DNA of 42,469 nt, taken from NCBI RefSeq assembly GCF_001194135.2, contig NC_068987.1:88109227-88151695 (forward strand), written 5' to 3'. This document shows, one piece after another, positions 24,401 to 37,346 of the stretch. Every line of letters starts with the position of its first letter. The first letter of the stretch is position 1. A program made the translations under genes and the position numbers. Under the pieces are notes generated by a model. That model was not told the DNA's origin. It made no database searches and saw nothing but the letters and a program-made list of their open reading frames with translations. This DNA is from Octopus bimaculoides (lineage: Eukaryota).

Positions 24401-24780
24401 TATATATACGACAGGCTTCTTTCAGTTTCTGTCTACCAAATCCACTGACAAGGCTTTGGTTGGCCTGAGGCTATAGTAGAAGACACTTGACCAAGGTGCC
24501 ACGCAATGGGACTGAACCCGGAACCATGTGGTTGGTAAGCAAGCTACTTACCACACAGCCAATATTCTTTTACTTGTTTCAGTCATTAGACTGCAACCAT
24601 GCTGGAGCACTGATTTTAGTCGAACAGATCAACCCCAGGAGTTATTCTTTGTAAGTTTAGTATTTATTCTATTGTTCTCCTTTGCCGAACTGCTAAGTTA
24701 TGGGGACGTAAGCACACCAACATCGGTTTCAAGCGATGGTGGGATAGTGGGGGACAGAAACACACACACGCACACACAAC
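24348..24780 (-). mobile_element. Adjacent family B head (24348-24561) and separate B1 tail (24565-24780)
   Basis: Direct similarity to the other B copies. Confidence 0.75.
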
Positions 24781-24879
24781 TTATTTAAATCAGCTATTAG
24801 TGACAAGCAGTGTTTTGCCAAATACTACTTAGCACATCCAGTCTAACTTAGATGTGTGAATTGATTTATTTACATATAT

Positions 24880-25135
24880 ATGTGCTGGTGGCACGTAAAA
24901 AGCACCATTTGAGTGTGGTCGATGCTAGTGCTGCCTGACTGGCCTTCGTGCCGGTGGCACATAAAAGCACCTACTACACTCTCGGAGTGGCTGTTCTTAG
25001 GAAGGGCATCCAGCTGTAGAAACCTTGCCAGAACAGATTGGAGCCTGGCGGAGCCTCCTGGCTTGCCAGTCCTCAGTCAAACCGTCCAACCCATGCCAGC
25101 ATGGACAACGGATGTTAATTGATGATGATGATAAT
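24880..25135 (+). mobile_element. Family C element, two anchors
   Basis: Anchors at 24889 and 24955, with a (GAT)n tail. Confidence 0.8.
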
Positions 25136-25484
25136 ATATGATGGGTTTCCACCCAGTTTCTGCCTGCCAAATCTACTCACAAAGCATTGGTCATTCCCCA
25201 GGCTGTAGTAGAATATATTTGCCCAAGGTACTGTGCAATGGGACTGATTTTATGTTTTTACTTTGCTAATTTGAAGGCAATGATTAAGAACGTGATTGCT
25301 TTGTTGGTTTACTTAAAAAAGGATTTTAAAAGTTAGACATAACTGACTTAAACTGAATCCACAGTGTTTAAGCCTCGTAAATAACAATAGAAATAATAAG
25401 ATAAACATGAGTGTTTGGTTTTTGTCCTTGTTGCTTAGAGGTTTAGCAAAAGCAACCAGCAGAAAGAGTACTGGGGTTGATTTA

Positions 25485-25530
25485 CAGTTCTATATTTAAG
25501 AGATGAGGAATTATTTATATTATTTACATT
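25485..25530 (-). mobile_element. Family D 3'-tip fragment
   Basis: CAGTTCTATATTTAAGAGATGAGGAATTA...TTATTTACATT matches the D tail at 37347-37392. Confidence 0.7.
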
Positions 25531-26279
25531 ATTAGTGTAAATAGCTTTTTTTTATGAGTTTGAATACAATTCAAGTATATTTGAACTGGTAACAAGTTTG
25601 TACTTATATCTTAGCACTTTCACTTCATAAAATTCTGCTTAACGCTGTCACCCCATAAAATTCTAAAGAATTCCAAATTCTGTGTATGAAAAACAATAAT
25701 TAAGGATAATATTTAGCAATGATTATATTGACATTCTCTGCTGACAAACTGATATAGACATGTCTGAATTCTGATGCAATGGACTGGGAAGAACTACTGA
25801 AATAGTTGATCGATCCCAAAAGTGCTGATCTAGGGAAGACTTGATACCAGCCTGTCTGGTGTGAGATAGTTGCTGGCAAAATAAACTGCCAATTTGAAAA
25901 TTTATGTTTGAGTCACTGGGGTATCACAAATGCAACAATGAGGTACCAACTAGAAGATCATTAAATCATTTCTCATGAAATGGTAATTTATAGTTCTGAT
26001 GACAATGAGAATTTTTGTTTCATTTATTTATTTATTTATTTATTTATTTTTTAAATAACAAAAACATTCTCTCAAATTGTCTGTTAAAATGGTTGTCATG
26101 AACTCTGCCCCTTAATAACAACTGGATTACATTGAAAGAACGTGCCATTTTTACAGATGGAGAACCAACATCTATTTTTCATGTGTAGCTCCATAAGTTT
26201 GGTTTCCTCTAATCAGTTTACTCTTGAAAAAGAATGTTTTAATAAAGCGAAAAAAAGAAAAAACACAAAACAGACAAAA

Positions 26280-26445
26280 ACTGGGTTGTGAGTTCAATAT
26301 CTGGCAGTGCATTGTATATTTGAGCAAGACATTTTATTTCACATTGCTCTCCAGTCCCCCTCAACTGGCAAAAATGAGTCGTACCTGTAATTCAAAAGGG
26401 GAAAATCCTTATCGCATTTCTGTGTTCTGCTGGATCTCCCTGACA
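26280..26445 (+). mobile_element. Older SINE fragment (TGAGCAAGACA…TTTCAC.TTGCT type); related copy at ~16040-16165 (-)
   Basis: Two mutually similar segments in opposite orientation. Confidence 0.5.
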
Positions 26446-26636
26446 ATCATCATCATCATCATTTAATGTCCGCTTTTCATGCTAGCATGTGTTGGACGGT
26501 TTAGCTGAGGACTGGCAAGCCAGGAGGCTGCACCAGGCTCCAATCTAATTTGGCAGAGTTTTTACAGCTGGATGTCCTTCTTAATGCCAACTACTCTGAG
26601 AGTGTAGTGGGTGCTTTTACGTGCCACTATATTAAG

Positions 26637-26755
26637 AGTAAACATGTCTGTGGAGTACTCAGCCACTTGCACATTCATTTCATGAGCAGGCTGTTCCGTT
26701 GATCAGATCAACTGGAACCCTCGTCGTCGTAACCAACAGAGTGCCAGGTATCTTA
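26637..26755 (+). mobile_element. Family E 3' fragment
   Basis: GTCTGTGGAGTACTCAGCCACTTGCAC…GTTGATCAGATCAACTGGAACC matches ~32200-32300. Confidence 0.75.
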
Positions 26756-27539
26756 CAACAAATAGTTTTTAACACTTCTGTGGCAATCCTGCTTCTTTTA
26801 AAACCCAATTTTCGTTATCCGTATCAATCTGACTTTCTCACACAATACAACTTCAAGCTTGTTTTACTGAAGCCGAGAAATTGATTTAAAGCCTTACTAC
26901 CTGTCACTGTTTGATAGGTATCAATGTAGGTTACATACTTTAAAAAAACAACAAAAATAACCTTATTTCCTCTATCTAATCTACTAATCTCAACATTATC
27001 TAATCCAGTTATGATCATCTTCAGTATAAATATTAGTGTTATTGCATTAGCCTGGAAGTTAGGTTCACTATGTTCATTTTTTTTTTTTTTGTTTTTTTCT
27101 TCCATTAGTGTTTTGTGGTTTTACCTGCAACTAATCAACCAACAAGATTTCTTTTTTCGCTCTTGTTCTTTTTCCCGCCTCTCAGAGGATACTCTTCAGA
27201 AGTTTTGAATATTATTTAGATCTTTGATTTTTGTTTTTTTGTTTTGTTTTTTTCTTTTTAGAAAATGTATGAATCTTATTTTATCATAATATTTGTGTGT
27301 TTGTAAACTCCATTAGCTTTGAAAGATTAACATGTTGCCTCTATCCTCACTTTTATATTTCAAGAGATTTCTGTTGTATTTGTGAATGTACTTAGATGAA
27401 ATATCTTAACTTGTGCGTATTGGATAATGGATGTCTTTTGAGTGAAATGTTCAGCTTTTTGATGTCCATTTTAAAGTGTGTAGCAACCAGTTTGTACGAC
27501 AAACAAAAGAACATAATTACTAAATTTTACATATAACAT

Positions 27540-27955
27540 AGGCATAGGTGTGACTGTGGTTAAGAAATTTGCTTCTCAGCTGTGTGGTTTTGAGTTCAGT
27601 CCTCCTGAGTGGCACCTTGGGCAAGTATCTTCTGCTATAGTTCCAGGCCAACCAAAGCTTTGTGAGTGGATTTGATAGATGGAAACTGAAAGAAGCCTGT
27701 TGTGTGTGTATGTTTAACTCCTTGACTTGACATTGTGGGATTGTTGTAGGAAAATGTCATTGTCAAACAAGCAGTGTCGTTCCTTTCCAGTATTCTGCTA
27801 AAAAAAAAAAAGTTTGAACATGGAGAAATATTACTTTGCGTGGAAACAAGTTGGGGTTGGCAACAGGAAGGGTATCCAGCTGCAGAAAATTTACCTCCAT
27901 AAACTCTGCCTGATCCGTTCAAGCATGGAAAAGTGGACTTCAATATGATGATGCG
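27540..27955 (+). mobile_element. Family B2 SINE
   Basis: B head plus GGGTTGGCAACAGGAAGGGTATCCAGCTG…AAGCATGGAAAAGTGGAC and a (GAT)n tail. Confidence 0.8.
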
Positions 27956-28592
27956 GACAGGTGAGATACAAAAATAGGTAAACTAAAAGTAGTGACAACC
28001 AAATTGTGTTGGTTACCCACAGAAGTAACATAAGCAAAGCAAAGAAGAAGTAATTGGTAAAAATATCAATTGGATTTCCCAACCTATTTGTAAAATGTGG
28101 TTCACAATAGGATAACCTTGTGCAAAGTTTAAGATTCTAAAGCCTTACTGTCACTACCATCATCATTATCATCATCATCATCATCATCATTTAATGTCTG
28201 TTTTCCATGCTGGCATGCATTGAACAGTTTGACTAGGAGCTGGCAAGTTGGAAGGCTGTACCAGGCTCCAATTGTCTATTTTGGCATGGTTTCTACAGCT
28301 GGATGCCCTTCCTAATATCAACAACTTTACAGAGTTTACTGGGTGCTTTTTATGTGGAGCCAGCATGGGAGCTTTTTTACATGGTGCCAGCACCGGTTCT
28401 TTAGATGTGGTTTTATTGTTTGGTTATTGCAGTTTTAAGATTAAACAATCTGTGTTATTCACATAAAATGTTTAACGGTGGAATGCTTTCTTTTATTTGT
28501 GATGCAAACTGATAATCTTGTTAACAGTATTGTATAAATGGAGAAGTCCTTCCCAAACGAAGTGCATATTCATGGAAAAAGTATTATTACTG

Positions 28593-28935
28593 CAGCACAG
28601 ACATGGTTGTATGGTTAAGAAGCTCATTTTGCAACCACATGGTTTTAGGTTCAGTCCCACTACATGGCACCTTAGGCAAGTGTCTTCTACTATAACCCTA
28701 GCTTGATCAATGCCTAGTGAGTGAGGTTCGTCAGTGGAAACTGTGTGTGTGTATGACACCACTTGACAACTGTTGTTGGTTTGTTTATGTCTACATTCGG
28801 GAAAAGAGACCAGTAGGATAAGTAGCAAACTTTTTTTAAAAAAAACAAATACTGGAATCAATCTATTTGACTAAACCAGTCAAGATGGTGCCCCAGCATG
28901 GCTGCCGTCAAGTGACTGAGACATGTAAAAGACAA
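28593..28935 (+). mobile_element. Family B1 SINE
   Basis: Head GCACAGACATGGTTG through tail CAGCATGGCTGCCGTCAAGTGACTGAGAC. Confidence 0.8.
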
Positions 28936-28984
28936 ACAATCTAGTTTACTTATTGTTTTTTTATCAGATGTTTATTTCCCAAGT

Positions 28985-29023
<39 letters not shown>

Positions 29024-29968
29024 CTCTGTTCCATTCTCTATGTTTCTAATATTGTGTTGACATCCTTCTGAGTATACGGTAAGCTGCTAATCTCTTTCAT
29101 NNNNNNNNNNNNNNNNNNNNNNNNNNNNNNNNNNNNNNNNNNNNNNNNNNNNNNNNNNNNNNNNNNNNNNNNNNNNNNNNNNNNNNNNNNNNNNNNNNNN
29201 NNNNNNNNNNNNNNNNNNNNNNNNNNNNNNNNNNNNNNNNNNNNNNNNNNNNNNNNNNNNNNNNNNNNNNNNNNNNNNNNNNNNNNNNNNNNNNNNNNNN
29301 NNNNNNNNNNNNNNNNNNNNNNNNNNNNNNNNNNNNNNNNNNNNNNNNNNNNNNNNNNNNNNNNNNNNNNNNNNNNNNNNNNNNNNNNNNNNNNNNNNNN
29401 NNNNNNNNNNNNNNNNNNNNNNNNNNNNNNNNNNNNNNNNNNNNNNNNNNNNNNNNNNNNNNNNNNNNNNNNNNNNNNNNNNNNNNNNNNNNNNNATAAC
29501 GCCCGTTACATGTGTACACATCCATACACTCATACACACATGCATTTAGGCTAAAAAATATATTTTTTGGAAAATAAAAAAATTTGCAAAGAGAATTCTT
29601 TTGAGTTTTGAAAATGTAAAAAAAAAAAAAAAGAAAAATCTCTTGTAATTTATTATGTAAATTCTGCAAGAACTAAATTTTTAATAGAATAAAAATTACT
29701 GAAATGCCTCAGGCAGGATGTCTTTAATAATATCCTTTTTCTAATATAATTAATTCTTCCTATGGTGCCATTTAAGAGTAGCCATTATTTCACAGAAGTG
29801 TTTCATTGCTTCTGACATAAACTTCTGCTGTGGAATGAAACTGTTACCGTAAGTGCTTCATATGTGGTTACAAATCCACAAATGGTTTATGCTTAGCACA
29901 TGGTTGATTCAATTTCTTTGTTAATCTTCCACCTGATCCTCCCTATTATATATATAATAATAATAATG

Positions 29969-30333
29969 ACAAGAGCACCTGGAGAGCGTAAACCTCTGCC
30001 AAGGCAACACCAGCATCCTCTCAATGATTAGCCGGAGATGATTTTTAAAATGAGAATATCTGGAATAAACTCGACTGCTCTCACAAATGAGAATACTAGA
30101 AATGAACCTGGCCACTCTCAAAAATTAAGTAAAAAAGATGGAAAAATGAAATAATCCAGAATCCTTGTCCAGTACTGGAGCAATTCCAAAATTTAATCAG
30201 TTCATGCCAGTCATGAGGCCAAACATCCGTGAAAGTTTCATCCAAATCCATCCAACAGTTCTTGAGATATCTTGTCCATGGACAAACAAATACAACTGAA
30301 AAGAATACCTCCGCCTTCGCTAAGGCAGAGATA
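29969..30333. mobile_element. Non-autonomous Helentron/HINE (DINE-1)-like element
   Basis: Subterminal ACCTCTGCC at ~29992 is near-inverted to GGCAGAGAT at the far end. Terminal hairpin TACCTCCGCCTT-cgct-AAGGCAGAGATA at 30306-30333. Internal AAAGTTTCATCCAAATCCATCC…GACAAACAAA motif. Flanked by (AAT)n on both sides with no separate TSD. Class assigned from recalled HINE architecture. Confidence 0.55.
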
Positions 30334-30439
30334 ATAATAATCCTTGAATGGCATTTATAGACATTTAATGCATTGCTATGTGTGTTTCCATGCGACATCC
30401 TACATTATATTGGCACAACTTAATGTAACCCTGAAAAAC

Positions 30440-30930
30440 TGACTCACCAGTCAACATCATTAGACTGCGGCCGCCATGATGGAATAGGAGCTTCATTTGC
30501 ATATTCAGAATGTTTCCCATAAACAGATTTAAAAGCTACATATTGGTGCAAGAGTAGCTGTGTGGTAAGAAGCTTGCTTCTTAGCCACATGGTTCTAGGT
30601 TCAGTCCCCCTGCGTGGCACCTTAGGCAAGTGTCTTCTAGTATGAAGAATTTTTAGTCAAACGAACCAACACCAGTGCCAAACCACTAAGTTACAAAGAT
30701 GTAAACACACCAACACTGGTTGTCACATGACAGTGGGGGACAAACACAGATACACACACACACATACACATGACAGTCTTCTTTCAGTTTCTGTCTACGA
30801 AATCCATTCATGAGGCTTTGGTCAGCTGGAGGCCATAGTAGGAGATACTTGCCCAAGGTGCTACACAGTGGGACTGAACCCAGAACCATGTGGTTACATA
30901 TTTACTTCTTAACCACACAGAGCATGGTTA
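30440..30930 (-). mobile_element. Family B1 SINE with a nested opposite-strand B head (~30548-30640)
   Basis: B1 tail and head on the minus strand are interrupted by GTAGCTGTGTGGTAAGAAGCTTGC…GGCAAGTGTCTTCTAG on the plus strand. Confidence 0.7.
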
Positions 30931-30989
30931 TGAAACCTGCTCACCATCTAGTTTTGTTTTCTGGCCCCACTTAATTATGACAGACAGTT

Positions 30990-31335
30990 GTAGGTGTGGC
31001 TGTGTGGTTTGCTTCCCAACTGTATGGTTCCAGGTTCACTACATGGCACCTTGAGCAAATGTCTTTTAATATGGCTTTGGCTTGACCAAAGCCTTGTGAG
31101 TGAATTTGGTCAACAGAAAGTGAAAGGAACTCGTGTGTGTGTGTCCTTGTCCTGACATCATGTGATGATTGCAAATAAGTGTCACTGTTGTTTGTTTCCA
31201 GTCCTCAATGAGAAACATGTCTGACCTTGTCTGAAAGCAGGTTAGGTTTGGCAATAGGAAGGGCATCTGGCCATAGAAAATCCGCCTCAACAAAACTTTG
31301 TCTGATCCATGCTGGCATGGAAAAGTGGACGTCTA
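30990..31335 (+). mobile_element. Family B2 SINE
   Basis: Same architecture as the 27540-27955 copy. Confidence 0.8.
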
Positions 31336-31924
31336 ATAATGAAGGACGGACATGATAGAGAACAAATGTGTTTACATTATGAAATATTAAGTAACTCTAT
31401 AAAGTTGACCTTATGATTAAACAGCTGCTTCTTTCGTTTATATGTTTAATATATTGTAAATCCAGTGAAGATATATCTAAATGCTGCAGTTTAGACAGCA
31501 TAATATCTTCTCATATTTTAATATTTTCATATTCTCTGTAGCAGCTGAAAGTAATTGCTTGTACAGAACAAAATATTTGTGGCAACTCAAAGAAATAAAT
31601 GTAAATCTATAAAACCTCTCTTTAATCAAGCTGTAAAAGTTTGATGTATGTTATTCAAATTCCAGAAACATTTGGGAATAATTTGTTGCTCTTACTAGTT
31701 TTACTAGTTAAATGAAGTGTATTTGGTGTACATGGCTTATAAGTTATGTTATGTCTAACCTTATATTAAAATTATTAAAATGCTATTATAACTGAACAGT
31801 TATAATATGGGCTCTTAGTTCATGGTTCAGAGGATTGGGATTTATTACGAATATTCTTTGCTGTACTTAGTACAGGTTAAACGACCTCACATCTGGTATT
31901 TTAGATTGGTATATTATTGTACCT

Positions 31925-32311
31925 AGTGGAGGCGCAATGGCCCAGTGGTTAGGGCAGCGGACTTGTGGTCATAGGATCGTGGTTTCGATCCCCAGACCGG
32001 GCGTTGTGAGTGTTTATTGAGCGAAAACACCTAAAGCTCCACAAGGCTCCAGCAGGGGATGGTGGCGAACCCTGCTGTACTCTTTCACCACAACTTTCTC
32101 TCACTCTTTCTTCCTGTTTCTGTTGTACCTGTATTTCAAAGGGCCAGCCTTGTCACCCTGTGTCACGCTGAATATCCTCGAGAACTACGTTAAGGGTACA
32201 CGTGTCTGTGGAGTATTCAGCCACTTGCACGTTAATTTCACGAGCAGGCTATTCTGTTGATCAGATCAACTGGAACCTTGACGTCGTAAGCGACGGAGTG
32301 CCAATATACAC
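31925..32311 (+). mobile_element. Family E tRNA-derived SINE with 12-bp TSD
   Basis: A box TGGCCCAGTGG and B-box-like GGTTTCGATCCC. TSD ATTATTGTACCT at 31913-31924 and 32312-32323. A 5'-truncated relative lies at ~26637-26755. Confidence 0.85.
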
Positions 32312-33005
32312 ATTATTGTACCTTGGTACAGGCGTGGCTGTGTGGCTAAGAAACTTGCTTTGGAACTAAACGGCTTCAGGCTCATATCCACTGTATGACA
32401 TCTTGGGCATCTTGTACTGTGACCTTGAACTGACTAATGTGTTGTGGGCGATACACATTTACCACTTTAAAATGCAGCACATTTGCTGGTATAAGTAAGA
32501 ACATGCGGTCGTGAAGGCCATAAACTGATCTGGTTGTTGTAGATTAGATTTTAACAGTTGGTGATTGTACAGAGATTCTCTTGTTCAAACGATGAAATTA
32601 GTGATGATTGATGAAGCATCTGAGTGCAGAGTAGATTATGGATTAACGAAGGAAATGCTGCATCTTCTTCTTTTGGTAGTAAGAAGACATTCTTTATGTA
32701 AATATCAAATTATAATGCTGCTTAGTATCAGGAGTTTGATGTATGACATTGAAATATAGGGAGAGAAGTCAAAAGGTTTGCAAGTATTGGAGAGGAATGG
32801 GTAGCGCATCAGTAATATGACTTAGCATGTGCGAACGATTAGGTATTGTGAAATGGAAGCTGGGGCGGGGTGAAGTGACAATGATGGTGATGTATGTTGG
32901 ATGAAGTACTGTTAGATGGTAGTAGTAGTAGTAGTAGTAGTAGTAAAGATACACAAAGGAGACACAAGTGAAGGGAAAAAAACCACTGAGATGATATCAA
33001 TTAAA

Positions 33006-33657
33006 TTAGCCCTTTAGCATTTAGATCACTCTGTCAAATGTAATGCTTAATTATTCACGTTGTTTTCAATTAATCATGTTCAAGAGGAATAACAACAATA
33101 TTCGCTTGAAATTCTGTTCATTTTTTTTTTTTTAATGTGTAGACTTGAAATTTTGTCAGTAGCTGTTTAAATACCAATGATTTACAGGAATATGTATTGG
33201 CATTTTAATATTTTTGAATGGTGTTCTGAAGATCTTCACTTTTTCTCTAAAATTAAAATGTTCTTCTTCGTCAAAGGAAAACATTAGAAACCTCTATATC
33301 TGACCCATTGAAAGACAAATCTTTGTTATTTTCTTTCAGTTTCTTCCACAATTTGGAAGTCTTTGAATATAAAGTCTTCCAGGTTAGAATCACTACTTTC
33401 TGAAGCCATATCAGTAATTATAAAAAGATAAGCCTCCACTTCAAGTGTTAAAAAGAAATGTGTTGCCAAAAATTTCACAGTTGCATTTTGGTAGAAAAGG
33501 CTTTATCTCGAAAATATGAGATTTTAATGGTGTGATTATTTATTTTTAGAATGATGCTGTAGGGTTAGCGTGAGAGGCCAAATCTGGCTGGTTTGAACAA
33601 AAAATGGGTAGAATATTTGAGCTGGATGTGACTGGTTTAAATGTTAACGAGTTAGAT
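33006..33657. mobile_element. Degenerate piggyBac-like MITE, apparently split by a ~420-bp insertion
   Basis: Left TTAGCCCTTTAGCATTTAGA and the reverse complement of the right end, CTAACTCGTTAACATTTAAA, match at 14 of 20 positions. Confidence 0.35.
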
Positions 33658-34199
33658 CTTCAAAAGTTAACTTCACAGTGGAAACCATTTAGAATTGGAG
33701 AAGGATTGAGATTGGCTTCAGTTTCTAATTAAAATACAGATTTGGGTTTTATGGATGATAAATCTAAAATAAAACACTTTTTTGTAAAAAAACAAAAAAA
33801 AAAACACCATTTTTGGAGGAAATTGAAAATTGATAATTATTGATTCCTTCCACACCCTCTTTTAGTTGCATTTAGGCTTTATAGGGTGAAACGGGCTATT
33901 TTTTTTCTTTCTGCCAAAATTAGGAAAACACACGATGGAAATAACCACTTGGAAAGAGAATCTTAAGTCCCAATTTTTGGCGAAGTGAAATTACTCTTAT
34001 ATTTCAAATTCATTTAGTTTCCCTTCTTTATTCTATTTTGAGCAATGTTACAAATCTATGATATTGAATAGTTATGGATAAACTATATCAATTATTGTTT
34101 CTATCAAATCTAAAGAATCAATGTGATTTGTCGTTACGTGGTTGTAGGTGTTGTTGTTTAACCCCAGGTCAACCCTGATCAAGTGGATATATAACTTTT

Positions 34200-34560
34200 A
34201 TCTTCTTGTTTTATTCATTGGACTGTGGCCATGCTGGAGCACCACCTTGAAGGGTATGGCTGAATAAATCAACCCCAATGCTAATTGTTTTTAAAGTCTG
34301 GTACTTAGTCAATCAATCTTTTGTTGAACCACTGAATTCTGGGGGATGGAGACAAACTAACACTGGTTGTCAAATGGTGGTGGGGTGGGGGGGACAAAGA
34401 CTCCCACCACTCACAGGGCTTCCCAACAATTTCCATTTACCAAATTCACTTACAAGGTACTGGGTCAGCTCAAGGCTATAAATATAGTAGAAGACACTTG
34501 CCTAAGGAACCGTGCTGTAGAACTGAACTTGAAATCACATGGTTGAAAAGTCAAGCTTCT
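34200..34560 (-). mobile_element. Family B1 SINE (diverged)
   Basis: GACTGTGGCCATGCTGGAGCACC through AGTAGAAGACACTTGCC. Confidence 0.75.
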
Positions 34561-34779
34561 TCTTTAGTTATTTTCGTTATCACTGACATTAGGAATGCAC
34601 AATTCTGTGTCTTCTGTAACAAAATTGAGAGGTTTTCTCTTAGACGTAAAATTGTACTCTCAAAGTTACTAATGGTGATTCAGCAACTAAATACATAAAA
34701 CAATCGATTCAATGTTTTTTCCTGACATAAATTATCTGACGAGAAGTGCTTAAGGAGCAAAGAATGGTGAACCAGTGAC

Positions 34780-34814
<35 letters not shown>

Positions 34815-36034
34815 TGTCTAAATCTAATATTTTCATAGACAAGCTAACGGCAAACCAAAGAAAATACACCTACATGTTCTGAAAAATAATCAATCAGACG
34901 AAGAACATGGGATTTGCTGTCAGTTAAATTGATAGGATTTGGGGGAAAGAATTTCTACAGCCTCTATGGCATGTTACCAGTGTTTATCTTCCCAATTTTA
35001 TTATGATCGGCATTCACAATTTTATTCCTACTTTGTACGATTTGTGAAAAGTACAAATCTTCTTTAGTGTTGTGATTCATTTCGGAATATTTCTCTGAGC
35101 TGTTGAATTAGTACGTTGAATTATGTATGTGTATGTTGGAAGTAGTATTCAGCGGCTGGCTGGATTTCTCTTTATGAAAGACAATTCTGTTTTGTAGTGG
35201 AATAACCTTTCTATAAAAACATCTGCACTAATAATATGCACCAGCATGGGAAAATAGATGCAATCTCATCCTGTGATATTCCTTTTTTTTTTTGTTTTTT
35301 GTTTTCCTTTTCTCTTTTGATATTTTCTTTATTAACTCTCAGTAAACCTTTATCTGCATCAGAGAGCTGCAGAGAAACTGTATTTCATTATTTTTACCAC
35401 AATTATTTCGAAAAAATGATTTGCAGTAAATATCTTTCCGACTACAATGTGTGTGTGTGTGTGTGTGTGTGTTGAGTTTAGCATAATTTTTATCTTTCTA
35501 AAATCTCTTTGCACTTCTAATTTATATTTTTATTTTAAATAATATGTCAGCTGTTGGTAAGAGTAATTCATTCTATTTTCATTTGATTAAAAAGCGGAAA
35601 AAATACTGCATAAGGTGAAATTATTGATATTTCTCTTTTTGTCTTATTTTTCTATTAGTCAAATATGATTTTCAAGTGTTGAAATTATAAAAATTATGTA
35701 TCACTGATTGTTTCAAAAAACAACATGCTGCGTTTATGCCAATCTTTTTTTTTTCTATGGTGTTTTCTATGCTTGTGTCTTTTCTTCCTAGAATTTCTGT
35801 TTTCACTTCATCAGTGAGTTTGACTGACAGCAGCTTTTATTACTTCATCTCTTATCATGAATCATCCACCATGAACAACAGATGCATATCTCCTGCGATT
35901 TAATCAATGGTTTTTCTTCATCCTTAAATGAGGACCATCATCATTATCATCATCATCAGCAGCAGCAGCAAGAAGTAACATCATCATTGTTTTAACATCC
36001 ACTCTTCCATGCTTGCATGGGTCAGATGGAACCA

Positions 36035-36365
36035 CTAAGTTACTGGAAAGGAAACCCACCAACACCAGTTGTCAAGCTGTGGTGGGGGGCACAAACGCAG
36101 ACACACAGACACATCGACACACTGACACGCACACGCAGACACACTGACACACACATACACAGACACACTGACACACGCAGACACACACACACACACACTG
36201 ACACACCGACACACACACACGCATACACATTATACAACAGGCTTCTTTCAGTTTCTATCTTCTAAATCCATTCACAAGGCTTTGGTTGGCTTGAGGCTAT
36301 AGTTGAAGACACTTGCCCAAGGTGCCTGGACCCATGTGATAGGGAAGTCAGCTTCTTACCACACT
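36035..36365 (-). mobile_element. Family B1 SINE with expanded compound (AC)n/ACACTG middle
   Basis: B flanks surround an irregular CA-rich array at ~36090-36225. Confidence 0.75.
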
Positions 36366-36374
36366 ACCTACTTT

Positions 36375-36720
36375 GGATAAATGTCTTCTATTATAGCCCC
36401 AGGCCAATCAAAGCCTTGTGAGTGGATTTAGTAATTGGAAACTGAAAGAAGCCTGTTGTGTGTGTGTATGTGTGTGTTAGTGTCTCCTTTTCTGGACATA
36501 GTTGTAAATGAGCCACCATCATATAAGCTGTGTCCTTCATTTCCAGTCTTTCATGAAAACATGTTTTACCAAAAGGAAGTATTACCTTATTTGCCAACAG
36601 GTGAAGGGTTGGTGATAGAAAGAGCATCCAGCTGTTGAAAATGTACCACAACAAATTCTGTTCAGTCCATGCAAACAAGGAAAAGTGGGTGTTAAGAGGA
36701 TGATGATGATGATGATGAAA
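36375..36720 (+). mobile_element. Family B2 SINE (5'-truncated)
   Basis: Same architecture, with a (GAT)n tail at ~36698-36717. Confidence 0.8.
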
Positions 36721-37346
36721 GCACAAAACCTCCCTTGTCACTCTCGCCATCTGGTATGCAATGAACCTGTGATTGGCCATTGATAAACCTCTAATCAATA
36801 AGGCTAGTCTTCATCAGTTGCAATACAAAACTAAAATAAATTTGATTTGTTACCTTTGTAACATTGATTTTTCTATCATCTAATTAGTCTAAACATAGTG
36901 TATTATTAAAAAAATTATTATTATTGCATTATTTTCAATAATTAATTATAAATTTCTATTCTAGAATATAAAAAATGGAAATGTTTAACTTCAGTAAGAG
37001 TACAATTTTAGATACAATTTTTTTTTTTTGGGGGGGGGGGGTAGTATTATTAGTAGAGTATTATTACCATCATCATTATCATTATTAAAGCAGTGAGCTG
37101 GCAGAATTTTTAGCATGCCAAGTTAAATGCTTATCTGTCCTTCCATTTTTCTGTACAGTAGAGTATGATATGAGGAATATTTGGCTACTAGTTCTAAAGA
37201 TTTAGCTACCACATATAGTGCCTTGATGATGGTGCATCATCATCGTCGTAAGACAAGGAGACACTCTCACACACCCACATGTATACACATGATTGACTTT
37301 TAGATTCTGCCTAGTAGAAGACATTTGCCCAAACTACCACATAGTG

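Noticed and set aside
36770-36825. CTGATGA on the minus strand with a possible TGCAA/TTGCA stem
   Set aside because: No GAAA core half and no stem II, so not a hammerhead.
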